This document shows positions 15,218 to 28,131 of a stretch of 64,000 nt of DNA, one piece after another. Within the stretch, counting starts at the first letter, position 1. Each line of letters starts with the position of its first letter. A model generated the notes under the pieces. It ran no database searches. It was not told the DNA's origin and worked only from the letters and a program-made list of their open reading frames with translations. The DNA lies in assembly GCA_003990765.1 (NCBI GenBank), contig RBNJ01000013.1:1-64000 (forward strand), written 5' to 3'. This stretch comes from Jimgerdemannia flammicorona (Eukaryota). Both the position numbers and the translations under genes were made by a program.

Positions 15218-16464
15218 ATGAATAAGGAGCTATACTATGGATTAATCAGCTACCTTAGGCAGCAGAAGATGCCCAACCACCTTGAATCTTGGACAATCAA
15301 CATCATCAACCAGACTTGGAAACAGTTTGAATTAGACAACACTATACTCAGAAAAGGAGGAAAGCTAGTAATATCTGAATACAAGAAGTATTAAGTAATG
15401 AAGGAAGTATATGAGCAAGGACACTTAGGAGGAACCAAGTTATATGACAAAGTAAGAAGAACTATATGGTGGCCCAAGATAGAAGAAGACCTGCACCAAT
15501 TTGTCAAAGGGTGTGACAAGTGCCAAAAACAGAAACAAGATCAGCAAGATCAGGCATCTGGATTATCAAGAATTGAGCCTATCTCCTTCCACCATATTGC
15601 AATGGATATCATTGGACCACTACCAGTAACACTATCAGGAAATCACTATATTATAGTTATTGTAGACCTCTTCACCAAATAGATAGAGGCAGGAGCATTA
15701 CAAGAAGCCAATGCCCTCTCTATAGCTGACTTCCTGCACTAAGAAATCATCTGCCACTACAAGACACCAAAGCAAATCACAACAGACCACAGAACAGAAT
15801 TTGTCAATAGATTCCATGAGATAATATATCAGAAATACAAGATCCAGTACATTACAACCACTGTGTACCACCCTCAAGGAAATAGACAGACAGAGAGAAC
15901 CAACAAAACCCTCAAGAACATTCTAGCAAAGATCTCAGAGACATATGAGAATTGGGATAACTATCTCCCAACTGCCCTCTCTGTCCTATGAGATATATGG
16001 TCACAGAGCACACACTTTACTCCAAGAGAGCTGCTCTTCAGAGAAGAAGATTCTGATGGAACCTCAGCTACGAATCTAGACCTAACTTGGAGACAGGTTG
16101 ATGCAGAAATCTGGAGACTACACCAAATCAGGAAGAAGGCTGAAGATTACATCACCAAGTCACAAGCACTGATAAAGAAGAATGCAGAAAAGAATCACAA
16201 GGCCCTAGAACCCATCCAAATCAGAGAAAAGGTTCTACTATATTGAAATATGATAGAAGCCTCATGGTTGCAAAAACTAGAGCCCAAATTGGAAGGACCC
16301 TTCTATATGCAAGATACAAGGAAACCACTTTCTGGCTTAGAAAAATCTCAGAGGCCATACTGCCTACTACAGTACATAGGAACAGACTCAAGAAGTACCA
16401 CAAACCTATACAAGAGAAGCAAAATGTGATGACCACCCATGAGGTTCTAGTCTACAAATCATAA
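15218..16464 (+). pseudogene. Copy A integrase, separate ORF (HHCC, DDE core, GPF module, no chromodomain)
   Basis: MNKELYY start; H..GHLG...CDKCQ; MDIIGPLP; TTD.GTEF; YHPQGNGQTERTN; PKWEGPFY. Confidence 0.92.
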
Positions 16465-16777
16465 CAGCATGTCCTGTGACCAGCAGACTATCTATCTGGA
16501 CCATTCTCTAAGGGATATGGTACTGGCAACTACTTATCTATGAGACTTTCAAAGTCAGAGGAGTTCGAACTGTCAACTGATTGGTCAAGATCAGAATCAG
16601 GCCCTTGCTCTATATGAAGGGAGCAACCCTTCACCATCATGCCAAAATACAAAGGGAAGACACCAGCCTAAAAATACCACTTTTTGACCCCTTGCCAGAG
16701 GTTATAAGATCAGCAAATTTTTCAGGACTGAACCAATGAATAAGGATGCTCAGGAAGATCCTTATTCAGGAGGAAGA

Positions 16778-18321
16778 TATAATGGTGACCCCAGAATGAT
16801 GACATTAGCACAGGAGACAGCCTTTTCTTGCAAGCTACTAGATCAGAACACAAGAAGATCATACAGCATATGAGATGAGCAATGATGACCAACTGTGAGT
16901 CATTATGATCACAGTATAAGCATCCTGAAGAATATAAAAGAAGGATCAAGGAATCACAGTAGCAGCAACCAACAAGAACCACCAATCCCAAAATAGCTCA
17001 AAGACTTACCACAAACAAAATGCCTGCTGCCCACCAAACCTCAAGGTCAAGGAATCACTAAGATATCTCAGTCAAAGAAAGGATATTCCAAGACATCAGA
17101 AGAGTCATGAGGACCTGCTCAAGAAGGACTCCTAGTGTCAACCTGGGTACTGCAGACCCCTATCACTTTATCCTCTACTACCATGAAATGGAAACAAGGA
17201 TAACCATTGCTACTGAATGTCTCCAAATATGGTAGGAGTATGAAATAGAAAACCTCCTCTACTGGGAGTTTCCACAGGCCAGCCCTCAAGAGCTATAAGA
17301 TGCCACTCCCATGGACATATGTGAGACAAAAATAGCTAAGAAGATCCATCAGATCTTCAGGCATGCACCATGGTCAATCCCCAACTTAGAGTATATTAGA
17401 GTCTCAGATTTCAGAGATCTGTCATCTCACTGTATCAATACATAGAAGCCAAGGTGGCTACAGAAGCCCAGCCCACTATCACCCTCAATAGTGATGAAGT
17501 AGGAGACTTCTGGCACTCTATCCTTCAGGACAACCCAGACCAATTCCTATAAGGGTTGATCTCAGTATTCCAAGACCCAAGCATCTGGATTTGATCTCCC
17601 CAAGACCCCACATTTGTCCCCTATTTTGTGGAAGAGAACCTCATAGACTGGAGAGCTCCAGATCTTGTTCCCAATTTCCCCACTGCTGAACATGATGATA
17701 TCATCAGCAATGACATCATCCTGTGTGACATTAAAGTATGCGAAACACGTGACCTATATGATGAATTTGCAGATCTCATCTCCTTCAGTGATAATGATGA
17801 TAATGATGATGAAGCCCCCATGGTCCTGAACTTTCTGCTCTAAGTTCTTTATTATACTGAATAATACCAGCACCAGTATTTTGATGTAATACTAGATAAT
17901 TCCAGCACTGGCATTTGAGGTGACATGAAATTGTTCCAGCACTAATATTCTGATGTGATACTGAATTATACCAGTATCCTGAACCTGTAAAACCCTCAGT
18001 ACTGACTCTGGAACTTAGTAGTTTTAGTTATTGGAATTTATATTTAGCTTTATATCTTAGCAACCATTGAATTATATTTTGTATAAATACCCCTCTTATT
18101 TCCTCTAAAATAAAGTCAGTTCCTCTCAGTACAATACACACACTTCCTTGCAAGCAATCTAAGAGATAACAAGATAGTTAAAGATAAGAAGTTTGAGGAC
18201 TATAAGATCTTGGGAAGGCACTCTAATAAGAACTTGCTTATTACAAACTTGAGTTAGTCTAAGAGATATACCTTGAAGAGAATCTGACATATTTGAAGGA
18301 CTCAGCAACTACTATATGACA
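16778..18321 (+). repeat. 3' LTR of copy A
   Basis: TATAATGG (TG changed to TA)...ATGACA, directly after the PPT. Confidence 0.95.
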
Positions 18322-18415
18322 GTATCTTTCTTCTTATCTAAGATAGTGGTAAACTTCTGAACTGGACAGCAGTCTCTTCTTCTAATTTCCTTTACTATGT
18401 CTTCTAGATAAGCAG
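18322..18415 (-). mobile_element. Element 0 gag fragment between copies A and B
   Basis: Joins in frame to 3643 across the TSD (KKKD|TYYIYRKEDHY) and continues to 27348. Confidence 0.75.
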
Positions 18416-21400
18416 TATAATAGTGACTTCAGAATGATAACATCAATACAAAAGACAGTCTTTCCTTATAAGCCATCAGATTGGAGTACAAGAAGATCAT
18501 ATAGCATATGAGATGAGTAATAATGCCCAACTGTGAGTCATTGTGACCACAGTTCAGATATCTTGAAGAATATAAAAGAAGGATCAAGGAACTACAGTAG
18601 TAGCAACCAACAAGATTCACCAATCTCAAAATAGCTTAAAGACTTACCACAAATGAAATGCCTGCTGCTCACCAAATCTCAAGGTCAAGGAACTGCCAAG
18701 GCATCTCAGTCAAAGAAAGAATATTCCAAGACATCAGAAGAGCCATGAGGACCTACTCAAGAAGGACTCCTAGTATCAATCTGAGTACTAGTGACCCTTA
18801 TTATTATATTCTCTATCACTGTAAAATGGAAACAAAGATCACTATTGCTATCAAATATCTCCAAATATAACAGAAGTATGAAATAGGAAACCTCTTCTGC
18901 TGGGAGTTCCCACAGGCCAGCCTCCAAGAGTTATAAGATATCACTCCTATGGATATATATATGTGAAGCAAGGATAGCTAAGAAGATCTATCAGATCTTC
19001 AGGCATGCACCATAGTTGATCCCCAACTTAGAGTATGTTAAAGTCTCAGATTTCAGAAATCTATCATCCTGCCATATCAATGTACTAGAAACCAGAGTAG
19101 CTACAGAAGCCTAGTCTACTATCTCTCAATAGTGATGAAGTAGAAAACTTCTGACATCCCATCCTCCAGGATAACCCAGACCAATTCCTGCAAGGATTGA
19201 TCTCAGTATTCTAAGGCCCAAGTATCCAGATTAGACCTCTCAAAGACCCCACATTTGTCCCCTATTTTGTAGAAGAGAACCTCATAGACTGAAGAGCCCC
19301 AGACCTTCTTCCTGCCATCACTAAACATGATAACATCATTGATGATGATGTCATCCTGCACAATATTGAAGCATATGAAATGTGCAATAATGACAAATTC
19401 ACAGATCTCATCTCCTTCAGTGATGATAAGAATGAAGCCCCTATGGTCTTGAACATTCTGCTCTAAAGTTCTTTAGTTACACTGAGTTATGCCAATATTG
19501 GTATTCTGATGTAATACTGAGTTATACCAGTACTGGCATTCTGACATAATACTGAATTATACTAACATTCTGAACCTGTACAACCATCAGTACTGACTCT
19601 GGAACTTAGCAGTTTTTTCTGTCCTGGCATTTCATTTTAGTTATTGAAATTTATATTTAGCTTTATATGTATCTTAGCAACTATTGAATTATATTTTGTA
19701 TAAATACTCCTCTTATTTCCTCTGAAATAAAGTCAGTCCATTCAGTCTATTCAGCCCATTCAGTCTATTTAGTCCATTCAGTCTACTCAGTGCAATATAC
19801 ACACTTCCTTGCAAGCAATCTAAAAGATAACAAGATAGTTTAAAGATAAGAAGTTTGAGGACTATAAAACCTTGAGAAGGCACTCCAATAAGAACTTGCT
19901 TATAACAAACTTGAGTTAGTCTAAGAGATACACATTGAAGAGAATCTGGTGTATTTGAAGGACTCAGTGACTACTATGTGACAACTTGGTACCCATTGGC
20001 TGGTGATTCAAGACAAATCCCTCACTTTCAAGCTAAAAAATAAATAACCCCCACAATAACTACCCTGACTACAAGAGTCACTCCTACAAGAATTCAAGAT
20101 AAGATAGAAATATGTCTCTCCACATTCTATAGATATACTACTGAAGAGTTAATCCTGACCTTCATTGAAGACTTTGAATAATTTGCCACCATATGAGCTC
20201 TTACTGTAGATACACAATTGGCCCTTCTATTAGTCTGCCTCAGAGGACCTACTAGAGGTAAGTTTAATGTAGCCACTATTGCTGATAATGGTGCAGCCAA
20301 ACTTGCCAATATGAAGGCCTTTCTCAGAACAACATACTATACTGAAGAGATCAAGCAAGCTCTCAAGAATCAACTCAACACTATTTGCCAGAGACTTAGT
20401 GAAGATCTCAACTCATTCTATATCTGAATCTGCCACCAGATTGTCTTGGCTGACTATAATGATACTCTCAAGGAACAAATAGCAGATTCAACCTTTCTCA
20501 AAGGAGTTTACCCTGAAATTGCTCTAGCAATCTGGTCTACTCCAGCTATACTAACCCTTGATCAGAAAGTGGTCTTTATACAGAGATATTGGACTGCCAG
20601 ACACCCTGCTGAATACTTAATGGAGAAAATAACTGGTATCAAGATGGAGTTATATATCAAAGCCAACTAGTATCATACTTGCTATAGTTGTAAATAGACA
20701 ACCAACCCCACCTACTCTCAAGGTAGCCAAAGCTGACCCAGTGGAGGAGCTTGCCAAGCAGTTCACCGAGATGACAGTATACCTTAGTAATGTTGTTAGA
20801 GAAGTCTGAAGTGCCAATAGGAGACCAATGCAGAGATGTACAGCTACTACAGAAGAATACAATATTACATGCTTTAGATGTAGAGAAGAAGGCCACTATA
20901 TAAAGAATTGCATGACTAAAACAAGATGCAAAGCCCAACTAAGTAATGCTAGCAGAACCAGAGAACAAACTAATACAGTAGTCATCAAGGAGATTGGTAA
21001 TACTGATGATAAAGAATACTATGAAGAGCTTAAATTCTACCCTGCTATTGAAGATATCAGAACCTGGTCCAAGCCCTATGATAAGAAGAGCAACAACAAG
21101 CCAGTTGGAAGACCAAAAAAGACCCCAGCTGTCACTATTCAAAGCAAGACTCAATCTGAGGAGATTGATCAAGATATGGAGTTAGATGAAGCTGCCTATC
21201 AAATTGTTGAAGGCACTACTCCAGTCTCAGGAGAAAGTAAAAGTAAGAAAGAACAGAAGCTGTGCAAGACCAAGACCCACCAGTATGATATCTACAAGGA
21301 CAAAAGATTAATGCTACTTTTGGATAGCTAGCCAAAGTCTCTGCCTTCAGACAGCAGTTGAGAGTAGGACTTACAACTACTGCCAAGAATCAAGAGTATA

Positions 21401-24400
21401 AGATTGTAGAAGCTCACAATGCACAGGAAGAATCTGAAAACTCAGATGAAGAATCTGAAGACCAGTACAAGACATCAGCCTATATCTCATATCAGATTGA
21501 AGACTATATCTTTGATGTCATCATTGATACTGATACTGGAGGATGCCTTATAAGCAAGAAAGCAATTGACTGCCTAGCCTGGGACATTGAAGAGTCCACC
21601 AAGATGGTCTATATTATAGTAGATGGTACATGAGCTACCTCTCTTGACAAAATCTGAGAAGTCTCTATCAAGATAGGAGGAGCTACCATCTCAGTAGATG
21701 TAATTGTTACAAATACCACCAACTATGATATCCTCATTGGCAACCAATGGCTTCACAAGGCCAAGGCCATCATTGACCTCAATGCTCAGAAGATGCAGAT
21801 CAACTATAGAGGAAGAAAGGTACAAGTCTCTATCAATGTCCACAAAGGAGTCCTATCAGACATGGAGGAAGAAGATGAAGAGGACACAGAGGTCTTCATA
21901 TACTTGGTGAACAAGAACAAGAACAAGACACTCAAGCTAACAGATAAGCAGTGGTATAATAAGATTATTGATGGCTATGCCCATCAAGGAAGATGCCCCC
22001 ATGGTACTAGGATGTACTGCTCTGAACACCTGAATGACTGCTAGTCCTATATCAGTGAAGTCAGGAAAATCCACCAATAGAAATATGAGCAAGAAGCCAC
22101 CAAAGCAAAAAGGAAAGCTGAAGAAGATGATCAGCTCTCAGAGCTTCAAGCTGACAGTGATAATGAGGAGGAACAAGAACTAGATATCACTCTTAAGGTT
22201 AAGAAGTTCTACCCTGAAGCCAAGATTCTAGAATATAAGACTGAAAGAGCTATAGGAATAGACCTTGCCAGCATTCAAGATGCTACCCTTGAACCACAGA
22301 CCACCACCCTACTTGGCACTGGAATTGGAGTCAAGCTGCCAGAGAACTATGCTGAAATTATCAAGATCAGAAGCAGTCTGGCCAAAAGAAAAATCTCAGT
22401 TAAAGGAGGAGTAATTGACCCTGATTATACTGGTGAGATCTTTCTCATAGTCAGGAATCACAACCCCACCACCCCATTTGAAGTCAAGAAGCATGACAGG
22501 ATTGGTCAGATGCTGATCCATGAAATCAAAAAACCCAAGATCACTGAAGCCATCAAACTCATCAAGACCAAGAGAGGAGAATAAGGCTTTGGATCCACTG
22601 AAAAAGGAGCCTATACCACCACCAAGATTACCAAACTTGAACATAAGAAGAACAAGGACCAGAACAAGCACACATATACTATCAGAGAAAACTTTTCCCT
22701 AGAAGAACAACTTCTCAAGATCCTACACCAGAATGAAGGAGTACTTGCTATAGACTTCAGGAATATCCACAATCAAGAACCCAAGTACTACTATGAAGTT
22801 AACACTGGTGATATGTACTAAGCCCATCTACCAGAAAGCCAGACCCATACCATCTGTCTACAGAGAATGGCTACAAGCAGAACTTAAGAAAATGGAAGAA
22901 GCCAGAATCATCAAGCAAGCTATCAGTCTCTGGACTTCACCCATTGTCCTCACTCTAAAGAAAGAAAGCAAGCCTAGAGAGTTCGTACTAAGACTTTGCA
23001 TTGACTACAGAAAGCTCAATGCCATCACCAAGAAGGATAGGCAGCTCTTGCCAAATATTCAAGAAATCCTCACCATTCTTGGAAGTGAAGCCAAATACTA
23101 TACTACCTTGGATCTGTTCTCAAGCTTCCATCAGATTGGTCTCACTCAAGATGCCAGTGAGAAATCAGCCTTCATCACACCTGATGCCATCTATATCTAC
23201 CTGAAAATGCCATTTGGAATGTGCAATGCCCTAGTAAGTTTCTAGTAAATGATGAACAGAGTCTTCAGCAATGAGATTGGAAAATAGCTCTTTGTCTATG
23301 TTGATGATATAATCATCTTTAGCAATACTATATGGAAATATGTCAATCATATATAGCTTGCCCTCAAGAAGCTCAAGGAGCATGGCCTTTACATTAAGCC
23401 CAAGAAATACAAGTTTGCAGCTCAAGAAATCACCTATCTAGGACACCTCATCAACCAGACTGGAATCTACACAGACTCCATAAAGATTGAGGCTATTGTA
23501 GTCTACCCAAGACCCAGAATAACCACAGAAGTCCATGCCTTCTTTGGACTGACCAGCTACTACAGAAGATTCATCAAAAGATACTCCAATATTGCAGCAC
23601 CTATCTATGAGCTACTGAAGAAGGAAACCAAATTCAAATAGACCAAGAAACACCAAGAAACCTTTAATGAACTCAAGACCAGGTTGACCCAAGCACCTAT
23701 CCTCAGAAGACCAGATTGGAATCTAGAATTCATCCTGCAGACAGATGCAAGTACTATAGGACTTAGAGCAGTCCTAGCTCAGAAGAAAGGTGGATATGAA
23801 TATGTCATCTTCTGTGCAAGCTGAGGTACCCATGGAGCAGAACAGAACTATGAGTCATATAAGCTTAAATGCTTAGCAGTAGTTTGAGCAGTAGACAAGT
23901 TTCACTACTATCTAGCCAGGAAACACTTCACCATTCAAACAGACCATTCCACTCTTGCCTGGCTATTCTACACTCTGAACTCCAAAGGAATATATATCAG
24001 ATAGATCTACAGGCTGTAAGAGTATGACTGTACTATTAAGTACTACTCTGGAAAAACCAACACCAATGCTGATGTACTCTCAAAGACACTCTGAAATACC
24101 CCCATCAAGATTACTCAACATGAATAAGGAGTTATACTATAGATTAATCAGCTATCTTGGGTAGCAGAAGATGTCCAGCCACCTTGAACTCTAAATAATC
24201 ACCATCATCAACCAGACTTGGAAACAGTTTGAACTAGACAACACTACACTCAGAAAAGGAGAAAAGCTAGTAATACCTGAACTCAAGAAGTATCAAGTAA
24301 TGAAGAAAGTACATGAGCAAGGATACCTAGGAGGAACCAATATATACAATAAGATAAGAAGAACCATATAGTGGCCCAAGATGGAAGAAGACCTGCACCA

Positions 24401-27347
24401 ATTTGTTAAAGGGTATGACAAGTGCCAAAAACAGAAATAATATCAGCAAGACCAGGTACTCAGGTTATCAAGAATTGAGCCTATCCTCTTCCACCACATC
24501 ACAATAGATATCATTGGGCCACTACCAGTAATACTATCAGAAAACTACTATATTATAGTTATTGTAGACCTCTTTACCAAATGGATAGAAGCAGGAGCAT
24601 TATAAGTCAATGTCCTCTCTATAGCTGACTTTCTGCACTAAGAAATCATCTGCCACTATAAGACACCAAAGCAAATCACAACAGACTGTAGTACAGAATT
24701 TGTCAATAGATTCTATGAGATAATGTATCAGAAATACAAGATCCAGTACATCAAAACCACTACATACCACCCTCAAGGAAATGGACAGACAGAGAGAACC
24801 AATAAAATTCTCAAGAACATCCTAGCAAAGATCTCAGAGACATATGAGAATTGGGATAATTATCTCCCAACTGCCCTCTCTGTTCTATAAGATATATGGT
24901 CACAGAGTATACACTTTATCTCAAGGGAACTGCTCTTTGGAGAAGAAGATTCTGATAGAACCTCAGCTACAAATCTAGATCTAACTTAGAGATAGGTCAA
25001 TACAGAAATCCAGAGACTACATCAAATCAGGAAGAAGGCTGAAGATTATATCATCAAGTCACAAGTGCTGATAAGAAAGAATACAAAAAAGAATCACAAG
25101 ACCCTAGAACTCATCCAAATTGGAGAAAAGGTCCTACTATATTGAAATATAGTAGAAGCCTCATGATTGCAAAAACTGGAGCCCAAATGGGAAGGACCCT
25201 TCTATGTATATGCAAAATATCAAGAGAACTACCTTCTGGCTTAGAAAAATCTCAGAGACCATACTGCCTACTATAGTACACAGGAACAGACTCAAGAAGT
25301 ACTACAAACCTATATAAGAGAAGCAAAACATAATAACCACCCATGAGGTTCTAGTCTGCAAATCATAACAGCATGTCCCATAACTAGCAGACTATCTGTC
25401 TGGACCATTCTCTAAGAGATACAGTACTAATAACTACTTATCCATAAGACTTTCGAAGCTAGAGAAGTTTGAACCATCAACTGATTGATCAATATCAGAA
25501 TCAGGTCCTTGCTCTATATGAAGAGAGTGACCCTTCACCATTATGCCAAAATACATAGGAAAGATACTAGCCCATAAACACCACTTTTCGATCCCTTATC
25601 AGAGATTATGGGATTAGCAAATTTTTCAGGACTGGACCAATGAATAAGGATGCTCAAGAAGATCCTTATTCAGGAGAAAGATATAATGGTGACCCCAGAA
25701 TGATGATATCAGCACAAGAGACAGCCTTTTCTTACAAGCTACCAGATCAGAGCACAAGAAGATCATACAGCATATGAGATGAGTAATGATGACCAACTGT
25801 GAGTCATTGTGACCACAGTTTAGATATCTTGAGAAATATAAAAGAAGGATCAAGGAACTGCAGTAGCAGCAACCAACAAGACCCACTAATCTCAAAATAG
25901 CTCAAAGACTTACCACAAATGAAATGCCTGCTGCTTGCTAAACCTCAAGATCAAGGAACCACTAAGATATCTCAGTTGAAGAAAGGATGTTCCAAGACAT
26001 CAGAAGAGCCATAAGGACCCACTCAAGAAGGACTCTTAGTGTCAACCTGAATACTAGTGACCCTTATTATTATATTTTCTACTGCTATGAAATGGAAAAA
26101 ATGATCACTATTACTATCAAATATCTCTAAATATGGTAGAAGTATAAAATAGAAAACCTTCTCTGCCAGGAGTTCCCACAGGTCAGTCTCCAAGAGTTAC
26201 AAGATGCCACTCTCATGGATATATGTGAAGTAAGGACAGCTAAGAAGATTCATCAGATCTTCAGGCATGCACTATGATCAATCTCCAACTTAAAGTATAT
26301 TAGAGTCTCAGATTTCAGAGACCTGTCATCCCACCATATCAATACACTAGAAACCAGGGTAGCTACAGAAGCCCAGTCCACTATCACTCTCAATAGTGAT
26401 GAAGTAGAAGACTTCTGGCATCCCATCCTTCAGGACAACCCAGACCAATTCCTACAAGAATTGATCTCAGTATTCCAAGGCCCAAGCATCCAGGTTAGAC
26501 CTCCCCAAGACTCCACATTTGTCTCCTATTTTGTGGAAGAGAACCTCATAGACTGGAGAGCCCCAGACCTCCTTCCTGTCACCATCAAATATAATGATGT
26601 CATTGTTAATGATATCATTCTGTATGACATTGAAGCATGTGAAATATGTAATGACAATAAATTCACAGATCTCATCTCCTTCAGTGACAATAAGGATGAA
26701 GCCCCTATGGTCTTGAACATTCTGCTCTGAAGTTCTTTGGTTACACTGAGTTATGCCAGTACTGGCATTCTGACATACATAACACTGAATTATACCAGTA
26801 TCCTGAATCTGTACAACTATTAGTGCTAACTCTGGAACTTAGCAGTTTTTCCTGTCCTGGTATTTTATTTTAGTTATTGGAATTTATATTTAGCTTTATA
26901 TCTTAGTAACAATTGAATTATATTTTATATAAATACTCCTCTTATTTCCTCTGAAATAAAGTCAGTCCATTCAGTCCATTCAGTCCATTTAGTCCATTCA
27001 GTCCATTCAGTCCATTCAGTCCATTCAGTCCATTTAGTCTATTCAGTCCATTTAGTCCATTTAGTTCATCCAGTCTATTCAGTCTATTCAGTCTATTTAG
27101 TCCATTCAGTCCATTCAGTTTATTCAGTCCATTCAGTCTATTCAGTCTACTCAGTACAATATACACACTTTCTTACAAGCAATCTAAAAGATAACAAGAC
27201 AGTTTAAAGATAAGAAGTTTGAGGACTATAAGATCTTAGGAAGGCACTCCAATAAGAACTTGCTTATAACAAACTTGAGTTAGTCTAAGAGATACACCTT
27301 GAAGAGAATCTGGTGTATTTAAAGAACTCAGCAACTACTATATGACA
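18416..27347 (+). mobile_element. Ty3/Gypsy copy B (full length)
   Basis: LTRs 18416-19983 and 25682-27347; TSD GCAG (18412-18415) and GTAG (27348-27351); PBS at 19987; polyprotein ~20040-24127; integrase 24120-25368. Confidence 0.96.
26963..27151 (+). repeat. 9-bp tandem repeat (CAGTCCATT) x21 in the 3' LTR of B
   Basis: Directly visible; only 6 units in the 5' LTR of B (19734-19787). Confidence 0.95.
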
Positions 27348-28131
27348 GTAGTTATTTTAGCAAACTTTTTAACAAGTTCCTCCATAGGATTGCTATTTCT
27401 CTGCTACTCAGTAGCTCTTGGCTGAGGTGTGTTTCAATTGATCACTATAATAGGAATTACACTAGTTGTCTTAAGATCTTTGATTCTGACTCCAGTGACT
27501 CTTTCTATTATATAGTCTTATAGATATCTGGCTATCTAGTATTACTGGGCATAGGTAACTTTTTTTACTAAATCCAAGACTACTGGTAATGAGTGGATAG
27601 CCAGAGCTATCTCTGGATAAATTCTCTTCATAAAGGTTACTTCTACTACTTGATCTTAAATAGTGGCAGTATAATCTACAAGAATTATTTAATATCAGAT
27701 TCTAGTGTAGAATGTGTTTGGATTCTTACTCATTCCTTGATATATTATATTGAGCTAATTCTTTAGATCTCATCTATATAGTAGATAGTTTGGAGCCAAG
27801 TCTTCTATACTGTTAATATAGTATCATCATTATTTCTCATATAGGTTGCAGCTGTAAATGCTGCTCTTGCTAGTTCTTAGAGACTGAAGAACATAAGGAC
27901 TACTTGCTGTCTTACTGTCAGAGGCCTTATAGCAGTATATTACTTGAAGTTATCAATGAATATGATGATCCATTTATCTAAAGTATATCTATGAAATACT
28001 AGTAGTCTTATATCTATCTTATCTAGATATCTTAATTTAATTTATATAGTTGTTCAGATAGTAATAGTTGTTTATTATTCAGCTTAAAAGTAAGGAATTT
28101 ATCTTAAATTATCAGCCAATAGACACTAAGT
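27348..28131 (-). mobile_element. Element 0 gag 5' part, leader and PBS
   Basis: 28075-28131 aligns with the A-D leader and PBS (ATCAGCCAATAGACACTAAGT versus ACCAGCCAATGGGTACCAAGT). Confidence 0.8.

Larger units (their letters stand above)
5234..15225 (+). pseudogene. Copy A Gag-protease-dUTPase-RT-RNase H polyprotein (single frame, split by the LINE at 5513-11411)
   Basis: CFRCREEGHYAKNC knuckle, IIDT(S/G)AG protease, dUTPase motifs, YVDDVIIFS, LQTD.S..GL.AVL, NAD(A/T)LSR. ORFs 11395, 11932, 12907, 13990 and 14407 share one frame. Confidence 0.93.
3644..18321 (+). mobile_element. Ty3/Gypsy LTR retrotransposon copy A (full length, contains a LINE)
   Basis: LTRs 3644-5177 and 16778-18321, TSD GTAT (3640-3643 and 18322-18325), PBS at 5181, PPT AGGAGGAAGA 16768-16777, domain order PR-RT-RH-INT. 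Confidence 0.97.

Noticed and set aside
16243-16464. Chromodomain at the integrase C-terminus
   Set aside because: The ORF ends shortly after the GPF module with no chromodomain pattern.
16469-16777. Possible extra ORF (env-like or ORF3) between integrase and the PPT
   Set aside because: The ATG frame meets a TGA/TAA shared by all four copies after 24 codons, the other frames also have shared stops, and no signal peptide or TM pattern is evident.
26942-27166. LNG-repeat ORF
   Set aside because: It is a translation of the 9-bp minisatellite.
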